From Myxococcota bacterium (GTDB lineage: Bacteria; Myxococcota_C; UBA6777): a stretch of DNA of 57,205 nucleotides. Each line of letters opens with the position of its first letter. Positions within the stretch are counted from its first letter, which is position 1. The notes under the pieces are model-generated. The model made no database searches, was not told the origin of the DNA, and worked only from the letters and a program-made list of their open reading frames with translations. Position numbers and translations under genes: made by a program. This document shows positions 52,805 to 57,205 of the stretch, one piece after another. The DNA lies in NCBI GenBank assembly GCA_023150835.1, contig JAKLKB010000058.1:1-57205 (forward strand). Direction: 5' to 3'.

Positions 52805-55800
52805 ATGTTGTTTTCACAACCGTGGGAACTTTTCAAGCGCAGTCTGGCTGTTGCTGCGTTGGGGATCTTGTTGGTGGCACAGACAGGCTGCCCGGAAAAT
52901 ACGCCGCAGCCCGAAGGGCAAACTGAAAAAACAACCGATGGCGGCGATACGGAAAAGACCACTGTGGACAAAAGACAATGCGGCAAGGATAGCGATTGTC
53001 CAACGGATCAGCCCCGATGCAACAATGGTTTTTGTGAAGCTATCCCTTCGCAATGTAAAGTGGATGCCGATTGCAACGACCCCAACAGAGTTTGTCAAAA
53101 CGGCCAATGCGTAGACAAACAAGCCCCTGAATGTAAGACCGATGCGGATTGTAGAAGCAAAGCTCCGCGAACTTCTTGCAACACAACCTCCGGCCAATGC
53201 GTCGAGCCTGTGCAGCGCAAATGCACCGCCAATGCCGACTGTACCGACCCGACCAAGCCGCTGTGCAACACGGGAACGGGAACTTGTGAGGCTTGTCCAA
53301 GCGGCGAGACGTTTTGCGCTGACAAGTGCGTAAATCTGCAAACGGATCTTGCCAACTGCGGCGCATGCGGTAAGGCTTGCGGCGTCGGTACCAAGTGCGA
53401 AGCTGGCACTTGTAAACCTGCGACACCCTGCCAAAACGGAGAGACCGATTGCAACGGTGTTTGCGTGAATCTGCAAACGGATCTTACCAACTGTGGAACG
53501 TGCGGAAATCGCTGTGGCCTTGGGGCCAATTGTGAAGCGGGCGCTTGTAAGCCGCTGACAAAACCTTGTCAAAGCGATGCCGATTGTGCAGCGAACGAAG
53601 TCTGCGAAGCCAACGGCGTTTGCGCCCCCAAAGGTGGCTGTCGCTCCGATGATGATTGTAAAGCCGATCCCACCAAGCCCGTTTGTGATGTCACCCGAGG
53701 CGTCTGTGTGGCCGCCCCTCCCGAGTGTACCAGCGATGCCGATTGTGCAAACAAAGCCCCCAAAACCAAGTGCGATGCCGCAACAGGCAAGTGCGTCGAG
53801 CCGCCCCCCGAGTGCCAAACCAACGCCGATTGCAAAGATCCAGCACGCCCCGTTTGTGTCCAAAACAAGTGCGCACCGTCGACAGGCTGTCGTTCTAACG
53901 CCGACTGTACCGCCGATCCCGCCAAGAAGATCTGCAACGTACCCGACGGACAATGTTATGCGTGTGTCGCCAGCACCGATTGCTTGTCTTACCAAGAGTG
54001 CGACGCTGGAACCAAGACTTGCAAACTCAAAGCAGGATTCTGTGTGATCGATTCGGACTGCAAAGCCGATCCAAGCAAGCCCGCTTGTGTGGGCAACACC
54101 TGCGTTGAATGCAAGGCCAAAGCAGATTGCAAGGTCCAGTTCGATTGCCAAGCCAACAAGTGCGTCTTTGTCGGATGTGCGGCAGACAACGAGTGCGCTG
54201 CCCCCACACCCTATTGCAAAGTTGCTGAGAAAAAGTGCGTGATCTGCACGACCAACGCCCATTGCAGCGCAAGCCAGATCTGCAACACCACCACCAACGT
54301 CTGCGAAGCCAAGCCCGATTGCGTCAACGACGCCGAGTGCGCGACCTCTACCGCAGGCAAGTTTTGCAATACCACCACCAAAAAATGCGTCGAGTGTTTG
54401 ACCAACGCCAACTGCACGAACAACCGCCAATGTCAAAACAATGTCTGTGTTGAATGTACGCAAGACACGGATTGCAGCGCGGGTCAGATCTGTACGGCCA
54501 GCAAGTGCGTTGTCGGATGCCGTCGTGACCGCGATTGCCCCGCCAACCAGATCTGCGACGCCCAACAACTCAAATGCGTTGTAGGCTGCCGTAGCAACGC
54601 TGACTGCGCCTCCAACTACACCTGCCAAAACAGCGTGTGTGTCGCGACGTGCGCCAGTACACAAGACTGTTTCAACGCATCAAATAGCGCACCCACGTGT
54701 ACTTCTCAAGCAGTTTGTGGCGCAGACTCGGTCTGTTTGCAAGGCCGTTGTCGTGCGTTGGCTTGTCGCACCACGCCGACGCCTGCGCAGTGTGTGATGT
54801 GCGTTCAAAGCTCCGATTGCCAGCGTTATGGCAACGACTTCTTCCGTGTTCGCCCTGCTTGTATCGCAAGCAACCGCTGTGGATGCAATGCAAACACCCA
54901 ATGTACCGCGTTTAACGCAGGAGCCGTGGGCGGCGTGTGTGATACTGCGAAAAGCGAATGTATCGGATGCAAGGCCGATACAGATTGCCGTCGTGGTTAT
55001 ATCTGCAACAGCACCAACGCGCTCTGCGAAGTTGGATGCCGCACGGACAACGAGTGTCCAAGCAGCCAATACTGCGTCAGCAACAAGTGTGTCGAATGCA
55101 AAACCAACGCAAACTGCACCACCGATCCCACCCGACCCGTGTGCAACACCTCAGGAGCCTGTGTCGGCTGCAACGCCAACAGCGACTGCACCGCTGCTGG
55201 CAAGAACGTCTGTCTCAATAGCCTCTGCGTCCAATGCACCCAAGACAGCCATTGTACCACCGCCCCCAATACCAAGTGCGACGTGGTCTCCAATACTTGC
55301 TACAACCCCGCGCTACCGACGCAATGCCAACCTTGCGGAGCCAACAACGCTTGCGCCCCCAACCACCGTTGCTACGAATACCGTACACAAGGCAGCGGCA
55401 CTGTTCGCGAGCGGATGTGCGCCAAAAACTGCCAATCCAACACCGATTGCGCCAAAGGCTATGTTTGCGGCCCACGCATCGGCTTCGATCCGCGTGAACC
55501 CCAAACCACCGGGCTTTGCTATCCCGCGTATACCTTCTCTTACGGAAGCAGCGGAAACATCGCTTACATTAGCTGCACAGCGTTGGTCGACCAAGGCAAA
55601 GCCTGTACAGCCAGCGATCAGTGCGGCGCTGCAGGGATCGATGACGCTTACTGCGACACTTACCAAGGCCGCACTTGCCGCGTCACCTGCCGCTTTGACA
55701 ACTCCAATACTTGCCCCACAGGCTACACTTGCGCATGCCCCGCAAACTTCCGACGCAGCGGCGACACCACTTGCCAAGGCACAGGAAGCACAGGCGGTCA

Positions 55801-55831
55801 AATCACCTTGCGCGCTACCTGCGTGAAATAA
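52805..55831 (+). CDS. Large Cys-rich repeat lipoprotein
   Basis: Lipobox-like AQTGC; many C..D.DC....C...C units; two CVNLQTD..NCG.CG..C (Stig1-like) units. Confidence 0.82.
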   Translation: MLFSQPWELFKRSLAVAALGILLVAQTGCPENTPQPEGQTEKTTDGGDTEKTTVDKRQCGKDSDCPTDQPRCNNGFCEAIPSQCKVDADCNDPNRVCQNGQCVDKQAPECKTDADCRSKAPRTSCNTTSGQCVEPVQRKCTANADCTDPTKPLCNTGTGTCEACPSGETFCADKCVNLQTDLANCGACGKACGVGTKCEAGTCKPATPCQNGETDCNGVCVNLQTDLTNCGTCGNRCGLGANCEAGACKPLTKPCQSDADCAANEVCEANGVCAPKGGCRSDDDCKADPTKPVCDVTRGVCVAAPPECTSDADCANKAPKTKCDAATGKCVEPPPECQTNADCKDPARPVCVQNKCAPSTGCRSNADCTADPAKKICNVPDGQCYACVASTDCLSYQECDAGTKTCKLKAGFCVIDSDCKADPSKPACVGNTCVECKAKADCKVQFDCQANKCVFVGCAADNECAAPTPYCKVAEKKCVICTTNAHCSASQICNTTTNVCEAKPDCVNDAECATSTAGKFCNTTTKKCVECLTNANCTNNRQCQNNVCVECTQDTDCSAGQICTASKCVVGCRRDRDCPANQICDAQQLKCVVGCRSNADCASNYTCQNSVCVATCASTQDCFNASNSAPTCTSQAVCGADSVCLQGRCRALACRTTPTPAQCVMCVQSSDCQRYGNDFFRVRPACIASNRCGCNANTQCTAFNAGAVGGVCDTAKSECIGCKADTDCRRGYICNSTNALCEVGCRTDNECPSSQYCVSNKCVECKTNANCTTDPTRPVCNTSGACVGCNANSDCTAAGKNVCLNSLCVQCTQDSHCTTAPNTKCDVVSNTCYNPALPTQCQPCGANNACAPNHRCYEYRTQGSGTVRERMCAKNCQSNTDCAKGYVCGPRIGFDPREPQTTGLCYPAYTFSYGSSGNIAYISCTALVDQGKACTASDQCGAAGIDDAYCDTYQGRTCRVTCRFDNSNTCPTGYTCACPANFRRSGDTTCQGTGSTGGQITLRATCVK

Positions 55832-55879
55832 TCTCCTCCCTTCTGCCTCTTCGCCTTCTGCCTCTCTTCTTTTTGCATC

Positions 55880-56030
55880 ACGATCATGCGATCTTCGAGA
55901 GATGTGTGCTCGAAATGTCGGGACGATTTGCTGTAGATGCCCTGTTCTTGGGCAGCCACGGGGGGCTGCCCCTACATCTTTCGTGTACACAACGGGCGGA
56001 TTTCGTATGACGTGCCGCGAACATGGGGGC
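55880..56030. repeat. Module R copy (reverse) adjoining a family M fragment
   Basis: gggcagccacggggggctgcccctac...gggcggatttcgtat followed by gtgccgcgaacatgggg. Confidence 0.75.
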
Positions 56031-56163
56031 TTTCACGATCGAACTCCGAGAGTCCGTACGGCGAAGCGCGAGGCTACCTTTCTTCGTTGAGCGTAGACTT
56101 TCTTTGGTGGGTTGTCCATGCTAAGAGGGATGTAGATTTTTCGCGAACAGACGGGAGGTTTGG

Positions 56164-56871
56164 ATGTGGAAGTTTTTTCGTTATCTTTGGCACCCGAAGC
56201 AGTTGATCGAAGCGATAAAGGCGCATAAGGTCCATATTACGGGGTTTTTGGGGTTGGGATTTGCGTTGGTGTTGACGTTTTTTGCGTCATTGCCGGTGCT
56301 TGGCATCGTGATGGGTCGGTTGATTGCGGAAGATGGATTGTCTATGGCGACGATCCAGCGGTCTTTTTGGATCGCTTCGGTGTTGCTGGTGGGGGTTCCG
56401 CTGTTAAAGTGGTGGGGATATAGCTTGCTGTTGTACGCAAGCATTCGCGGAGGGGAGGGAGAAAAGCCCGCCCCGACGTGGGCGACGGTGTTGTTGGCGC
56501 GCAGTTTGGGCTTGGTACCGATCGTGTTGTTGTTGCCGATCAAAGCGTTGTTGTTGCCTGCGCGTCATATCCTTGCGCATCTGTTTTTTCCGCCGATCGC
56601 GGCGTTGGGGTTGACGGCGGCGCATACGGTGGTTCCGTTGCCGCAGTTTTCGTTCTTTTTGCTGTCGTCTCCAAGCCCCTATATTCGGCCTTCTTTTGTG
56701 TTGGCGATGCTTTTGTGGTTGTTGACATTTTGGTTGACGTGGCGAAAACTTCGGCAGTTATGCGATCTTTCTGCTGGATTTTTGTTTCGTCGAACGCTGT
56801 TTGCGGCCTTGGTATGGGAAGCGATCTCGTTGTTGTTGATCTTTTTCTTCTTTCATCCGAGTGCGCTTTGA
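56164..56871 (+). CDS. Polytopic membrane protein (Yip1-like topology)
   Basis: GGAGG RBS; about five hydrophobic segments; no catalytic motif seen. Confidence 0.55.
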   Translation: MWKFFRYLWHPKQLIEAIKAHKVHITGFLGLGFALVLTFFASLPVLGIVMGRLIAEDGLSMATIQRSFWIASVLLVGVPLLKWWGYSLLLYASIRGGEGEKPAPTWATVLLARSLGLVPIVLLLPIKALLLPARHILAHLFFPPIAALGLTAAHTVVPLPQFSFFLLSSPSPYIRPSFVLAMLLWLLTFWLTWRKLRQLCDLSAGFLFRRTLFAALVWEAISLLLIFFFFHPSAL

Positions 56872-56952
56872 ACGGATAGTTCGAGCAACACAACGATACC
56901 GAAGCGGATATACGACACATCCATCGGGCTGACGGTATTTTTCAAACAAGAC

Positions 56953-57205
56953 GTGTTCGCACCACACCAAGCGGCGCAGACGTCCGTTTGAAAAACGTCC
57001 GTGTATCCCGCGAATACGGGGTCAAGGGGGCAACGCTCCCTTGTGGGGCGTGGGGCAACGCCCCGTAGGCGTTAGGTGAAGCGGAGGAAAGCCCCCCACC
57101 CCGCCCTCCCCCGTGAACAGGGGAGGGAGCGAAAGTCGGAAGCATCGGGGATTTTGTTTTTTCATGACGCACGCTGTATGCACGAGATGCAGACGCTGCC
57201 CGTTC
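56953..57205. repeat. Family M plus family H composite repeat, truncated by the window end
   Basis: Near-identical to 23368-23622. Confidence 0.85.

Noticed and set aside
50805-55826. Alternative-frame ORFs over the kinase repeats and Cys-rich gene (425, 616 and 332 aa)
   Set aside because: Stop-poor frames produced by repetitive coding sequence

Overview
Bacterial chromosomal window, most likely from a Myxococcota-like organism (FHA/sigma-54 activator, Hanks kinase, large Cys-rich lipoproteins, caspase/ECF module). Left to right it holds: a galactose locus (galT-galK divergent from a GH36 alpha-galactosidase); a ~11 kb defence island; a small two-gene cassette whose retropepsin-like gene is split by an IS630; tatD; a lipoprotein/ECF sigma/DUF4384 anti-sigma/caspase-beta-barrel module; a surface-polysaccharide cluster; an IscB remnant abutting the start codon of hpf; a prkA(yeaG)-yeaH-spoVR(ycgB) operon in which both prkA and spoVR carry inteins; and an FHA-EBP, hflX, a LysM protein, a Ser/Thr kinase and a giant Cys-rich lipoprotein. 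The defence island encodes a single-strand DNA phosphorothioation set (DUF262/HNH sspE-like gene, then sspA-sspB-sspC-sspD). It converges on a peptidase-M15-like gene and a phosphorothioation-associated putative SAM methyltransferase. Intergenic DNA is dominated by modular palindromic repeats (MITE/REP-like), many short tandem duplications and kb-scale C/G skew flips. The best candidates for an undescribed system are the Ssp + methyltransferase + M15-like combination, the doubly intein-split prkA/spoVR operon and the caspase-barrel/ECF module. All family assignments come from motif recognition by eye; no database search was run.
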